Shown here: piece by piece, positions 50,074 through 59,515 of the stretch
Numbering within the stretch: position 1 is the stretch's first letter
Layout of the letters: the number at the start of each line of letters is the position of its first letter
NCBI GenBank assembly: GCA_017623675.1
Contig: JAGAOO010000006.1
Location: 16,355 to 80,354 of the forward strand
Direction: 5' to 3'
DNA length: 64,000 nt
DNA from: Lachnospiraceae bacterium
GTDB lineage: Bacteria > Bacillota > Clostridia > Lachnospirales > Lachnospiraceae
Position numbers and translations under genes: made by a program
The notes under the pieces: model-generated
Told to the model about the DNA's origin: nothing
Databases searched by the model: none
Seen by the model: the letters and a program-made list of their open reading frames with translations, nothing else

Positions 50074-51105
50074 TTATTTCACAAACGTAAGCATAAACCA
50101 TGTATATTCCCCTACCTCGCTCTTAACATGAATACTGCCACCCATGCCTTCAATAATGGACTTCGTAAGGGAGAGACCAATACCCACGCTATTCGGGTTC
50201 ACCTCCTGATGCACCCGATAGAACCGTTTGAATATATTCGGTATTTCCGCCTCGGGAATACCCGGTCCTTCGTCTTTTACATAGATACGGGTATACACCT
50301 TTGTCTGTTCCACCTCCAGTCGAATGGGCTTCCCCACCCCTGAATAATCGGACGCATTTTTCAATAAATTAATGACAGCTTCTACCAGCCAATCACCATC
50401 ACAAAACAACATACTATCCTCCGGACAGTCCAGTGTAACGTTTTGGTTCCGTTCCTTTGTCAGATATTCCACACCCTGTACAGCTTCCGACAGCAATGGG
50501 AGCAATGGGGTTTCTTTTCGCTCAAACTGAATGGCACCTGCCTCGATACGGGCAAGCTTCAGCATGGACAGTACCATCCACTCCATTCGGTTTAATTGGT
50601 TTTGTGCTTCCCGAAGCATCTGTTTTCGCTTGGCCTCGTCTTCTACCTTATCCTCCACTAATAAATCTACAAACACATTTAAGGAAGCTAACGGCGTTTT
50701 TAACTGATGCGAAATATCGGAAATAATATCCCGCAGGAAAATTTTCTCCTCCATTTCCCGGTTCCTGCTGTCCTTTAATGCATATACCATTTTATAAAAG
50801 TTACTGTATAAGACTCCAATGGTTCCTTCCTTATACTCCTCGGTTGGGGGTTCGATGCCCTTTTCCATAATATCTGACATGATGCCGGATATATTCTCCA
50901 TATTTTTATAGGCAGAATTCAACATGCGATATACAATGATGTAAATAGTTGTCAGGAATACCACAGCAATACCTAAGACACCTGCCACTTCCCATGAGAA
51001 TGCTCCCCATGCCCAGACACACCATAATCCAAGTACTGCCAGAAACAGGACAGATACTATTCCATATATTACTCGAAATCTGTTTCGCTCATAATTACTT
51101 TTCAT
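50074..51105 (-). CDS. Sensor histidine kinase (short extracellular loop, BceS-like)
   Basis: 2 N-terminal TM helices, H-box SHQLKTPL, and HATPase N/G boxes. Confidence 0.85.
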   Translation of the reverse strand: MKSNYERNRFRVIYGIVSVLFLAVLGLWCVWAWGAFSWEVAGVLGIAVVFLTTIYIIVYRMLNSAYKNMENISGIMSDIMEKGIEPPTEEYKEGTIGVLYSNFYKMVYALKDSRNREMEEKIFLRDIISDISHQLKTPLASLNVFVDLLVEDKVEDEAKRKQMLREAQNQLNRMEWMVLSMLKLARIEAGAIQFERKETPLLPLLSEAVQGVEYLTKERNQNVTLDCPEDSMLFCDGDWLVEAVINLLKNASDYSGVGKPIRLEVEQTKVYTRIYVKDEGPGIPEAEIPNIFKRFYRVHQEVNPNSVGIGLSLTKSIIEGMGGSIHVKSEVGEYTWFMLTFVK

Positions 51106-51151
51106 ACGTCAACCTTCTCATGTTCTATCATTATCCTTGTCTTAATTACCA

Positions 51152-51862
51152 CTACTCTTTTCGAAACCGATAACCGATACCCCGAACCGTCTCAATTCGT
51201 TCTGCATCTTCTCCCAGCTTATCTCTCAACCGCTTCATATAAACAGACAAGGTATTATCGTCTACAAAATTCTCCCCGGTATCGTACAATCGTTCCAACA
51301 ATTGGTTGCGTGTCAGCACCAATCCTTCATTCTGAATCAGTTCCTTCAATAGGCGCAGTTCACTTGGAGTCAGCTCTACCACTTGCCCTTTGTATAACAG
51401 TCGGAGCTCCTTCATCAAAAAGCAGTGTCTGCCAAAACTATAGCTATCCGACTTGCTTTGACTTACAATACCTGCACGTCTCAGATTCGCAGAGATTCGG
51501 GATAATAGTTCCTTTACCCGATAAGGCTTTGTAACATAGTCATCGGCTCCAAGTTCTAAGCCCTGAACGATGTTAACCTCTTCTCCTACCGCGGTCAGGA
51601 ATATAATCGGAATCAATTGATTGGTACTGCGAATCTCACGGCAAAGGTCAAATCCACTTCCATCCGGCAGCATAACATCTAACAGGATTAAATCCGGTTG
51701 TTTTTTGTCTTTCCAATCTCCATCTGCCGATATTCCGGCATATTTCCTTGCTTCATCTAGATTAACCGCATGCAGCACTTCGTATCCTTCTGCTTCTAAA
51801 GCGTATTCAGTTCCCATGGCGAGAGCAAAATCGTCCTCTACCAGTAAAATTGTTCCTGCCAT
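51152..51862 (-). CDS. OmpR-family response regulator
   Basis: ILLVEDD, LLDVMLPDGSG, winged-helix C-terminus ...VRGIGYRF. Confidence 0.9.
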   Translation of the reverse strand: MAGTILLVEDDFALAMGTEYALEAEGYEVLHAVNLDEARKYAGISADGDWKDKKQPDLILLDVMLPDGSGFDLCREIRSTNQLIPIIFLTAVGEEVNIVQGLELGADDYVTKPYRVKELLSRISANLRRAGIVSQSKSDSYSFGRHCFLMKELRLLYKGQVVELTPSELRLLKELIQNEGLVLTRNQLLERLYDTGENFVDDNTLSVYMKRLRDKLGEDAERIETVRGIGYRFRKE

Positions 51863-51950
51863 ATTCTCCCTCACTGAAATTATTCTTATTACAAATTCTA
51901 ACGAACCTTGACATAAATGTAAAGACCTTAACTTGTATGCACAACTTTAT

Positions 51951-51979
51951 TTTACATATTGTATATATCTGTGTATAGT
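51951..51979 (+). promoter_or_regulatory. Candidate promoter of the small toxin-like ORF
   Basis: TTTACA (51951-51956), 17-nt spacer, TATAGT (51974-51979). Confidence 0.45.
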
Positions 51980-52031
51980 GTTAGAATAGATTTGTGGGAA
52001 CGGTTGTCCCCTTGAGAAAGGGGGGATGCCT

Positions 52032-52133
52032 ATGTATGTTACATATGATGAGCTGATTCAGCTTGGAATATTTATAGTCGCATTAATAGGTCTTGTTTAC
52101 AAGATAAAATCCGATAAAAAGGACAAAAAATAA
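52032..52133 (+). CDS. Small hydrophobic peptide, holin-like-toxin (type I toxin) candidate
   Basis: Own translation: MYVTYDELIQLGIFIVALIGLVYKIKSDKKDKK (33 aa; an alternative ATG at 52026 adds MP). SD GGGGG sits inside the hairpin CCCCTTGAGAAAGGGG. A terminator follows directly. Confidence 0.5.
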   Translation: MYVTYDELIQLGIFIVALIGLVYKIKSDKKDKK

Positions 52134-52167
52134 ACCGCCCCTCTGCAAAGTGTGCGGTTTATTTTTT
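52132..52167. terminator. Bidirectional intrinsic terminator
   Basis: AAACCGC...GCGGTTT stem flanked by an A-run (left) and ATTTTTT (right). Confidence 0.65.
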
Positions 52168-52264
52168 AACTAATCCATTGCAAGGGGTACAACTTAGTAC
52201 CACCTTTATCATTATACTATCATCCCAATACTGGAAAATCAAGTGCTTTTATAATGTTCTAAAA

Positions 52265-53620
52265 TTACTGCTCTAAACGGGCCTTTAACTTCTCACGTTC
52301 TTCCTCATAGCCCGGCTTACCAAGCAATGCAAACATGTTCTTCTTGTAGCTTTCTACACCCGGCTGGTTAAATGGATTAACACCCAATACATAACCACTG
52401 ACACCACATGCGAACTCGAAGAAGTAGAACAATTCACCCAAGCAGTACTCATCCATTTGTGGAATGGTAATCTTCAAGTTTGGAATCTGACCGTCTACAT
52501 GAGCTAAGATTGTACCGTTCATAGCCTGACGATTAATGAAATCAACGGTTCTTCCTGCAAGATAATTCATGCCATCCAAATCGTTATCTTCCTTCTCCAT
52601 GATAATCTTTCTTCTAGGATTCTGTACATCCAGTACTGTTTCAATATGATTCTTGGTACCATCCTGAATGAACTGACCTAAGGAATGCAAGTCTGTTGTG
52701 AAATCTACGGCTGTTGGGAACAGACCCATTCCGTCCTTACCTTCAGACTCACCAAATAACTGCTTCCACCACTCACCAATATAGTGTACGGAAGGGGTAT
52801 AGTTTGCAAGAATTTCCATTGTCTTGCCCTTCTCTAAGAGAATATTACGCATTGCAACATACTGTAATGCATAGTTTGTATCAAAATCATTTTCCAAACA
52901 ATACTTTCTGGAATATGCAGCACCTTCCATCAATTTATCAATATCAGCTCCGGAAACTGCAATCGGAAGAAGACCAACTGCTGTTAATACAGAGAAACGT
53001 CCTCCTACATCATCCGGAACTACAAATGTCTCATAACCTTCTGAATCTGCCAGACTCTTCAATGCTCCCTTTTCCTTATCCGTGGTAGCATAAATTCTCT
53101 TAGCTGCTTCCTTCTCGCCATATTTCTCAATTAACAGACGCTTGAACAGACGGAATGCGATTGCCGGCTCTGTGGTAGTGCCGGACTTTGATATTACATT
53201 AATAGAGAAATCGCGGTCTCCAACTACTTCTAACAAATGCTCCAAATATGTCGAACTGATATTATTACCTGCGAAAAAAATCTGTGGAGTCTTTCGCATA
53301 TCCTTATCAATTACATTATAGAAACTGTGTCTTAATGCTTCGATTGCAGCTCTTGCACCCAGGTAAGAACCACCAATACCAATTACGATAAGAATCTCTG
53401 AATCACTCTGAATCTTCTTTGCCGCCTTCTTGATTCTTGCAAACTCTTCCTTGTCATAGTTTACCGGAAGATCTAACCAACCAAGGAAGTCATTGCCGGC
53501 ACCGGTCCGACTTAACAGTACATCCTTTGCGTCCAAAACTCGCTTGCTCATAGCCTTCAAATTGTCATCTGATACCATAAACTTTGCATTACTGTAATCA
53601 AAGCTAATATTGTAGTCCAT
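52265..53620 (-). CDS. pgi: Glucose-6-phosphate isomerase
   Basis: 451-aa Firmicute-type Pgi: GIGGSYLG, ...SKSGTT(T)E... Confidence 0.93.
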   Translation of the reverse strand: MDYNISFDYSNAKFMVSDDNLKAMSKRVLDAKDVLLSRTGAGNDFLGWLDLPVNYDKEEFARIKKAAKKIQSDSEILIVIGIGGSYLGARAAIEALRHSFYNVIDKDMRKTPQIFFAGNNISSTYLEHLLEVVGDRDFSINVISKSGTTTEPAIAFRLFKRLLIEKYGEKEAAKRIYATTDKEKGALKSLADSEGYETFVVPDDVGGRFSVLTAVGLLPIAVSGADIDKLMEGAAYSRKYCLENDFDTNYALQYVAMRNILLEKGKTMEILANYTPSVHYIGEWWKQLFGESEGKDGMGLFPTAVDFTTDLHSLGQFIQDGTKNHIETVLDVQNPRRKIIMEKEDNDLDGMNYLAGRTVDFINRQAMNGTILAHVDGQIPNLKITIPQMDEYCLGELFYFFEFACGVSGYVLGVNPFNQPGVESYKKNMFALLGKPGYEEEREKLKARLEQ

Positions 53621-53722
53621 TGCTTTCTCTCCTTATCTGTTTATCGTTTTATATTTTTCTGTATATACTCTTTCTCCGCAACCCTTAGTGTAACAAATGA
53701 TATGTGGAAATTCAAGCATTAT

Positions 53723-54679
53723 TTAGAAATGACAAAACTCATCCACTGTTCCGAACCGATATCCGGCTTCCCGTAAATTGGTGATTAATTGCGGAAGTGC
53801 TTCCGTATTGGCACCGGAAACATTATGCAGCAGCGGAACCGCACCCGGATGACAATATTTATCAAAATGCTGCAACACATAATCTACGGTTGGCTGATTA
53901 TCCACTTCATAATCCAGATATGCCATACTCCAGAATATGGTGCAATATCCCAAATCCTCACTTAATTGTAACGTCCGCTCACTATACTCCCCCTTAGGCG
54001 GACGAATAAAGGGATCCATATCATAACCGGTAACTTCCTTCATATAAGAGGCACACCCCAGAATCTCTTCTTTTAATTCGTCGATGGATTTGCCCGGCAT
54101 ACTTGGATGCGTAATCGTATGATTTCCTACCAGATGACCTTCTTCCTTCATTCGGGTTACCAGTTCCGGGTTATCCCGAATATAGGTTTGCGTCACGAAA
54201 AATACAGCCTTAACATTCTGTTCTTTTAGTGTGTCCAGAATATCGGCTGTATATCCATTTTCATAGCCACAGTCAAAGGTCAAATAAATGACATTATCCT
54301 CCGCCTCTTTGTTCACATAATATGCGTGATACTGACTAATGTCAAAATCCTCCTGACAGCCGGAAGGCAAATGCTGGTCATTCCGTTTAAACCACCATGC
54401 TTCCAACTGATTACTGATAGCATCATATTCACTTGTCTCCCGATTCACGATTTCTGTAGAAGGTGCTGTTGCAATTTCTTCTTCTATTTCCGAAGTATTG
54501 CTTCCTTCTTCACTCTGGTCATTTTCACTTCCTATCTCCTCATCACTTCCTGCCTGTTCAGAAGTGATTTCTGTCTCATGGTTCATGTCCACAACCTTAA
54601 TCTCCTTGCATCCGGTCATACCTAATAGCAGGATTCCCAGATTCAATACCAAAATACCTTGATGTATTCTTCGTTTCAC
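53723..54679 (-). CDS. Polysaccharide deacetylase (NodB-domain, PdaA-like) lipoprotein
   Basis: Lipobox LLGMTGC, acidic linker, TFDCGYE, HTITHPSM. Confidence 0.8.
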   Translation of the reverse strand: MKRRIHQGILVLNLGILLLGMTGCKEIKVVDMNHETEITSEQAGSDEEIGSENDQSEEGSNTSEIEEEIATAPSTEIVNRETSEYDAISNQLEAWWFKRNDQHLPSGCQEDFDISQYHAYYVNKEAEDNVIYLTFDCGYENGYTADILDTLKEQNVKAVFFVTQTYIRDNPELVTRMKEEGHLVGNHTITHPSMPGKSIDELKEEILGCASYMKEVTGYDMDPFIRPPKGEYSERTLQLSEDLGYCTIFWSMAYLDYEVDNQPTVDYVLQHFDKYCHPGAVPLLHNVSGANTEALPQLITNLREAGYRFGTVDEFCHF

Positions 54680-54700
54680 AACACTCGCCCTTTCTTCATT

Positions 54701-55477
54701 TTAACTTGAGAAGAAATTTCTTAAGACCTGTGCTACAACCTCTGCCTCCTGACCGGCGGCTATTTCCCGTTCTGACACCTCCCGTTCTGATATTTCCCGC
54801 ATTTTATATTCCGGTATATCATCATTTGAAGAAGAGATTTTCTCCTCTTCGGGGCGGGTGTCTGCCCGCCCTTCTGAGAGTGTTTCTCCGGAATCCTCCG
54901 TTGTAGCTGCCGCCTGCCGCTGGCTGCGGGCCTGCCTGCTTACCAATGGACGCCCTAGCCGATTTCTTAGATTATTCTCCAAATAATCTTCAATATTTGC
55001 CTGCAACCGGTCATAAGAATTCTCTATTCGAAATATATTCTCCACGCTAAGCAAACATGCACAGGAAATAATCATAGCAAATAGAATACTAAATACCACT
55101 TCTTCTCCATAATTCTGGTGAATTGCATTGATAATTCCGATTCCACCCGTAGCAACAGTCAATAGTGCTGCTTCTATGGTCATACTGTCCCATATTCGTA
55201 TGGGTAGTCCACAAAACCTTAGTTTCAGTAGGTGCTTGTCCACAAACGCCTGTATGTTATGTACCTGTAAATCCATATGCAGACTGTTTTCGTAGTGATT
55301 TCTCAGCGTCCGCATTTGCCGATGGGTCGTAGATGCCATATTTTCAGATGCCTTTAAGAGGCGGTGTAATTTCCCACGCACTAACAGTTTACTCAACACC
55401 CCAAAGAAGCATACACCTGCAATTACATATACAAAAAGACTCTGTTGTTGTAATATCGTCCATAATTCCTTCATCAT
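54701..55477 (-). CDS. Hypothetical membrane protein with acidic C-terminal tail
   Basis: 258-aa ORF, several TM helices, no recognised motif. Confidence 0.4.
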   Translation of the reverse strand: MMKELWTILQQQSLFVYVIAGVCFFGVLSKLLVRGKLHRLLKASENMASTTHRQMRTLRNHYENSLHMDLQVHNIQAFVDKHLLKLRFCGLPIRIWDSMTIEAALLTVATGGIGIINAIHQNYGEEVVFSILFAMIISCACLLSVENIFRIENSYDRLQANIEDYLENNLRNRLGRPLVSRQARSQRQAAATTEDSGETLSEGRADTRPEEEKISSSNDDIPEYKMREISEREVSEREIAAGQEAEVVAQVLRNFFSS

Positions 55478-55641
55478 TCATTCCCCCTGAATTCTCTTAC
55501 TTGAAATTATGTTTGCCCGGATTACACCAAACAAACCGGAACAGTTCTGCTGCGCTCAGTTCTGTTCCTGTCTAGTATTGCACTTATGCAGTTTTTAATG
55601 CAACTTGAGAAGGTCGACAAATGCATCCATAGAATGACAAA

Positions 55642-56994
55642 TTATCCCTTAAATTTAACCTGAAACTTTTCTACCTTTTCATATATGCTTTCCGGCTCCT
55701 CACCTACAAAAAACCGACCATCTTCATAAAGAATCTTACCGGCTATCATTGTCAACTTCACATTCTGCTTCGAACCGCTATAAACCAGATTCTTTATGAT
55801 ATTATGCTCCGGCTGCATATTCGGCTGATGTAAATCTATCACAATCAAATCCGCCTGTTTTCCCTTTTCAATACAATCACAATCCTCTAATCCCATCGCC
55901 CTTGCACCGCCTACAGTTGCCATTGCAAGTACTACATCTGCCGGACAAGCCGACGCGTCCTGCTCTCGTAATTTTGACAGCGCTGTAACCAGAAACATCT
56001 CCCGAAACATATCCAGGCAGTTATTGCTTGCCGGACCGTCCGTACCAATAGCAAGGGGAATCTCTTTTTTCAGCATCGTGGCAATCGGCGCAATACCGCT
56101 TGCCAGTTTGGCGTTACTTGCCGGATTTGTCACTACATACAAACCCTTTTCTTTTATAATATCCATGTCCGCTTCCGACACATGAACACAGTGGAAGCCA
56201 CCGCCACCATAGTCCCACATGCCCATATCCGTCAAAAACTCTACCGGACTTTTTCCATACCTCTGATAACAATCCTTTACCTCTTGCTCTGTTTCTGACA
56301 AATGAGTATAAACCGGTGCCTGAACCTGATGAGCTAAGTCAGCCACGTCTCTTAACAAACCTTCCGACGTAGTATATTCTGCATGAAATCCTAACTGATA
56401 GCGAATCAAAGGATGGTATTGATTATATTTCTTATAGAATCCTTCCAATTCCGGAATGGTATCCTTAAAATCATTAATCGTTCCGCACAAAACAGTCCGA
56501 AATCCCATATCAACATTCGCTCCGACATTGGCTTCCGGTTCCACATACATATCAAAGCTGGCAGTAATACCACTGGTCAGATATTCTAATATGGCTAACC
56601 GGGTGAATTCATAAATCATCTCCGGTGTCAGCTTGGCTTCCATAGGGAACACCTGCTGATGTAGCCATTCCTGCAAAGGAAGGTCATCTGCGTAAGAACG
56701 CAGAAAAGTCATAGGGGAATGCGTGTGGGCATTTTTAAATCCGGGCATCAGAAGATTTCCATTTAGGTCTATCTCCCGTTCAAAGATTACCTTTGGGATT
56801 TCTTCATAACTCTCTATATCGTTCCTTTTCGATTTCTCCTCAAGCCCTCTCTTCGAATTCAGCGGAGGACCTACATAAAGAATCTTGTCCTCTTCTACCC
56901 ATACTTCATAATCCGTATGAATCTCCATATCCTGATTCACGGTAAGCACCTTACCATTATAAAAACGAAGCATAATGTCCCTCCTTTCTGCCAT
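55642..56994 (-). CDS. mtaD: Amidohydrolase, 5-methylthioadenosine/S-adenosylhomocysteine deaminase-like
   Basis: NAHTHSPM metal site, HLSET, GTDG...; operon with luxS and mtnN. Confidence 0.75.
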   Translation of the reverse strand: MAERRDIMLRFYNGKVLTVNQDMEIHTDYEVWVEEDKILYVGPPLNSKRGLEEKSKRNDIESYEEIPKVIFEREIDLNGNLLMPGFKNAHTHSPMTFLRSYADDLPLQEWLHQQVFPMEAKLTPEMIYEFTRLAILEYLTSGITASFDMYVEPEANVGANVDMGFRTVLCGTINDFKDTIPELEGFYKKYNQYHPLIRYQLGFHAEYTTSEGLLRDVADLAHQVQAPVYTHLSETEQEVKDCYQRYGKSPVEFLTDMGMWDYGGGGFHCVHVSEADMDIIKEKGLYVVTNPASNAKLASGIAPIATMLKKEIPLAIGTDGPASNNCLDMFREMFLVTALSKLREQDASACPADVVLAMATVGGARAMGLEDCDCIEKGKQADLIVIDLHQPNMQPEHNIIKNLVYSGSKQNVKLTMIAGKILYEDGRFFVGEEPESIYEKVEKFQVKFKG

Positions 56995-57043
56995 AAACCC
57001 AGCCTGTACATCTGGTTTTCAACGTTGCCTTTTTCTTTATTAT

Positions 57044-57523
57044 TTATTCCGGGTATACCAATCGTTCCGCAGAAATACAATATAGCACTTCATCTAAAAA
57101 CTTCTTTGCCAGATATTTTGCCATTGGCAGATTCATATCCAAATAATTTCCGCAATCCTTTGCTGCTGCTCCCGGAACCTCTCCCTGAAAATCTGCCATG
57201 AATTCATATAAACGGGTCAGCAACGGAATAATATCATTAGAATCCCAATCTCCTGCCAACAACAGATAAAATCCGGTGCGGCAACCCATTGGTCCAAAGT
57301 AAACAATCCGCTCACCAAATTCTGTATCATTTCTTAAAAAAGTTGCTGCTAAATGTTCAATCGTGTGCACTTCTGCCGTATTCATAACCGGTTCAAAGTT
57401 CGGTCTCGTCATGCGAATATCAAAGGTTGTAACTGTCTCTGTCCCAATATGATCTTTTCTGGAAACATAAACTCCCGGTAATAATTTCAAATGATCAATT
57501 GTAAAGCTTGCTATTTTCTCCAT
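57044..57523 (-). CDS. luxS: S-ribosylhomocysteine lyase
   Basis: HTIEHLAATFLRN, GPMGCRTGFY; 159 aa. Confidence 0.93.
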   Translation of the reverse strand: MEKIASFTIDHLKLLPGVYVSRKDHIGTETVTTFDIRMTRPNFEPVMNTAEVHTIEHLAATFLRNDTEFGERIVYFGPMGCRTGFYLLLAGDWDSNDIIPLLTRLYEFMADFQGEVPGAAAKDCGNYLDMNLPMAKYLAKKFLDEVLYCISAERLVYPE

Positions 57524-58215
57524 TATACGTTCACCACCATTTCCATAATTAATTTCACTGAATTCTTAATTGCCATAGCCTCAAAGGTCGGGTAATCCAT
57601 ACCGGCACTATCATCTGCCTTATCGGAAATTGCCCGAATAATCACAAATGGTATCTGATTCAAGTATGCTGCCTGAGCAATTGCTGCCCCTTCCATCTCA
57701 CAGCAACATGCATCAAATTCCTTTAGAATTGCATCTTTTCGTTCCTTCTTTGCTATAAATTCATCGCCACTGGCAACTCTGCCTTGAAATACACCGATTT
57801 CAGGAATTACTTTTTTACAGCATTGAACTGCCAGTTCAACCAACTGACTGTCTGCATGAAATGCCAAGGTATCCATTCTTGGAATCTGTCCCAAAGGATA
57901 TCCAAATGCAACTGCATCCATATCATGCTGTACTGCATCCGTTGAAACCACAATATCACCAATGTTGATTTCAGCTCTTAATGAGCCTGCAATCCCTGTA
58001 TTTACAATTCCGTCAACCCCATAATCATCCGCTAAAATCTGCGCACAGATTCCGGCATTCACCTTACCGATTCCAGAGCGAACTACCACTACTTCCTTAC
58101 CGCCTATGACACCTCGATAAAAATCCATGGATGCTTTCGTTCGGACCTCCACCTGCTCCATATTTTCCTTCAGCTTTGCAACCTCTTCGTCCATTGCTCC
58201 TATTATTCCAAGCAT
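57523..58215 (-). CDS. mtnN: 5'-methylthioadenosine/S-adenosylhomocysteine nucleosidase
   Basis: Start moved to the ATG at 58215 (SD AGGAGG). GIIGAMDEEV, SGIGKVNA, EMEGAAIAQ. Confidence 0.9.
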   Translation of the reverse strand: MLGIIGAMDEEVAKLKENMEQVEVRTKASMDFYRGVIGGKEVVVVRSGIGKVNAGICAQILADDYGVDGIVNTGIAGSLRAEINIGDIVVSTDAVQHDMDAVAFGYPLGQIPRMDTLAFHADSQLVELAVQCCKKVIPEIGVFQGRVASGDEFIAKKERKDAILKEFDACCCEMEGAAIAQAAYLNQIPFVIIRAISDKADDSAGMDYPTFEAMAIKNSVKLIMEMVVNV

Positions 58216-58300
58216 AACTTCCTCCTGTACGTTAACATTATTATGATTTTTATTCATTACAAATTATTATATCAAATCCGTTAGTCTTTGAAAACAAAAA

Positions 58301-58347
58301 AGAGACTACCGCTCCACGATTAACAAATCGCAAAAGCGGCAGTCTCT
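58301..58347 (-). terminator. Intrinsic-terminator-like hairpin just upstream of mtnN (leader attenuator or end of an sRNA)
   Basis: On the minus strand, AGAGACTGCCGC...GCGGTAGTCTCT forms 12 bp including one G-U that pairs only on this strand, followed by TTTTTTGTTTTC. Confidence 0.5.
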
Positions 58348-58585
58348 ACCCCATCTTACGTTTACATATATGCAAACCAGTCAAATGCCCCTAGTAAAAA
58401 CAAATGACCTTGTTCAGTATAGCATTATGCTTCCATTTATTACCGTTTTTGTCATAAACGGCGGTTTTTCAGTCTTGAACGTAGGTATTTGACATGAATT
58501 ACGCATTAATATGACGATTCATACCCAACGCATTCTTATATGAATGAAATCAATATCCTACGTTATGACATATAAAATAGAGAAA

Positions 58586-58618
58586 ATGAAAAAGGAGCTG
58601 CCGACAAGCTCCTTTTCC
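58586..58618 (-). terminator. Intrinsic terminator after agrD
   Basis: Minus strand: GGAAAAGGAGCTTGTCGGCAGCTCCTTTTTCATTTTC. Confidence 0.7.
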
Positions 58619-58672
58619 ATCTTTCTCTCCCATGTTAACAACTTCAATGTTACTCCCAAACATACTTAACCA

Positions 58673-58804
58673 TTATTTCTTTTCCTTTAAGGAAGCAGGA
58701 ACCTTTGGCTCATAGAAAAACCAAGGGATGCTCTTCCCAACCGATTCCTGTGCTACACGCTCGCCAAGCTTTGCTGTTGCCTTCTTTAAATCAATCTTCT
58801 TCAT
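58673..58804 (-). CDS. agrD: AgrD-like autoinducing peptide precursor (no cysteine)
   Basis: Own translation: MKKIDLKKATAKLGERVAQESVGKSIPWFFYEPKVPASLKEKK. It overlaps the agrB stop by 14 nt. The C-terminal EPKVPxxL recognition-like motif is as in clostridial AgrD. Confidence 0.7.
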   Translation of the reverse strand: MKKIDLKKATAKLGERVAQESVGKSIPWFFYEPKVPASLKEKK

Positions 58805-59390
58805 CTGATTTCTCCTCCTTTTCCACCAATATTAACATGCTGATAACTTCTATAAGCATAGCCGTTAAAATCATGTTCATGATGTCAGTTCTTCCCCACA
58901 GAATGCCTGACACATATGCCGCTCCAAACAAAAAAAACATAACCAGAATTGCTCCGATACGTTTTCTTTTGAGAACGCTTATATTCTGGATTGGATTATT
59001 TCTAGTGGTTTGTGGTGCATATCGAACAATTGTCCAGATGATGATTCCTGCCATAACGAATATGACCGGAACCGGAATATCAATCTTCGAAACAAACAAT
59101 CCGGCCAACCATACACCAATCATACTTAAGGTACATCCGATACTGCCATGGCAATGTACGCCACCACAAAAATTCCTTAACAGCACCAGACTGCCAACTA
59201 TAATGATGGTTTCTGTCAGAGTATGCGTTAATAATGCAACTATCAGTAAGACAAGTAACTTATATGCATTTTCTAACAATAATACATATCCGTACACCAG
59301 GATTTCCTCCTGCTCGCTGCCTAATTCGCTCTGATTACTGCAACTCCAATGTACAATTTTGTTTGCTAGTTTTTCGATGATTTTCTCCAC
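58791..59390 (-). CDS. agrB: Accessory gene regulator B (AgrD-processing membrane peptidase)
   Basis: 199 aa, polytopic, with the conserved ...LLRNFCGGVHC... segment. Confidence 0.85.
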   Translation of the reverse strand: MEKIIEKLANKIVHWSCSNQSELGSEQEEILVYGYVLLLENAYKLLVLLIVALLTHTLTETIIIVGSLVLLRNFCGGVHCHGSIGCTLSMIGVWLAGLFVSKIDIPVPVIFVMAGIIIWTIVRYAPQTTRNNPIQNISVLKRKRIGAILVMFFLFGAAYVSGILWGRTDIMNMILTAMLIEVISMLILVEKEEKSDEED

Positions 59391-59515
59391 GTTCCTTTAT
59401 TTTCCTTCCAAAATATGATATAATTTTAACAATCCTAATACAATAATTTTTATTTTGACATAAAAGGAACGGATTGATACATTACTGCAATTTAGCAAAG
59501 GAGAATTGACGAATT

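Noticed and set aside
58290-58590. S-box (SAM-I) or T-box leader upstream of mtnN
   Set aside because: I scanned both strands by eye for the conserved S-box core and the T-box sequence and found neither. It is kept only as an unclassified terminator-containing leader/sRNA candidate.
58705-59334. 209-aa plus-strand ORF
   Set aside because: It is antisense to agrB, whose product has the conserved AgrB motif and membrane topology. The plus-strand translation is low-complexity with no motif or SD.
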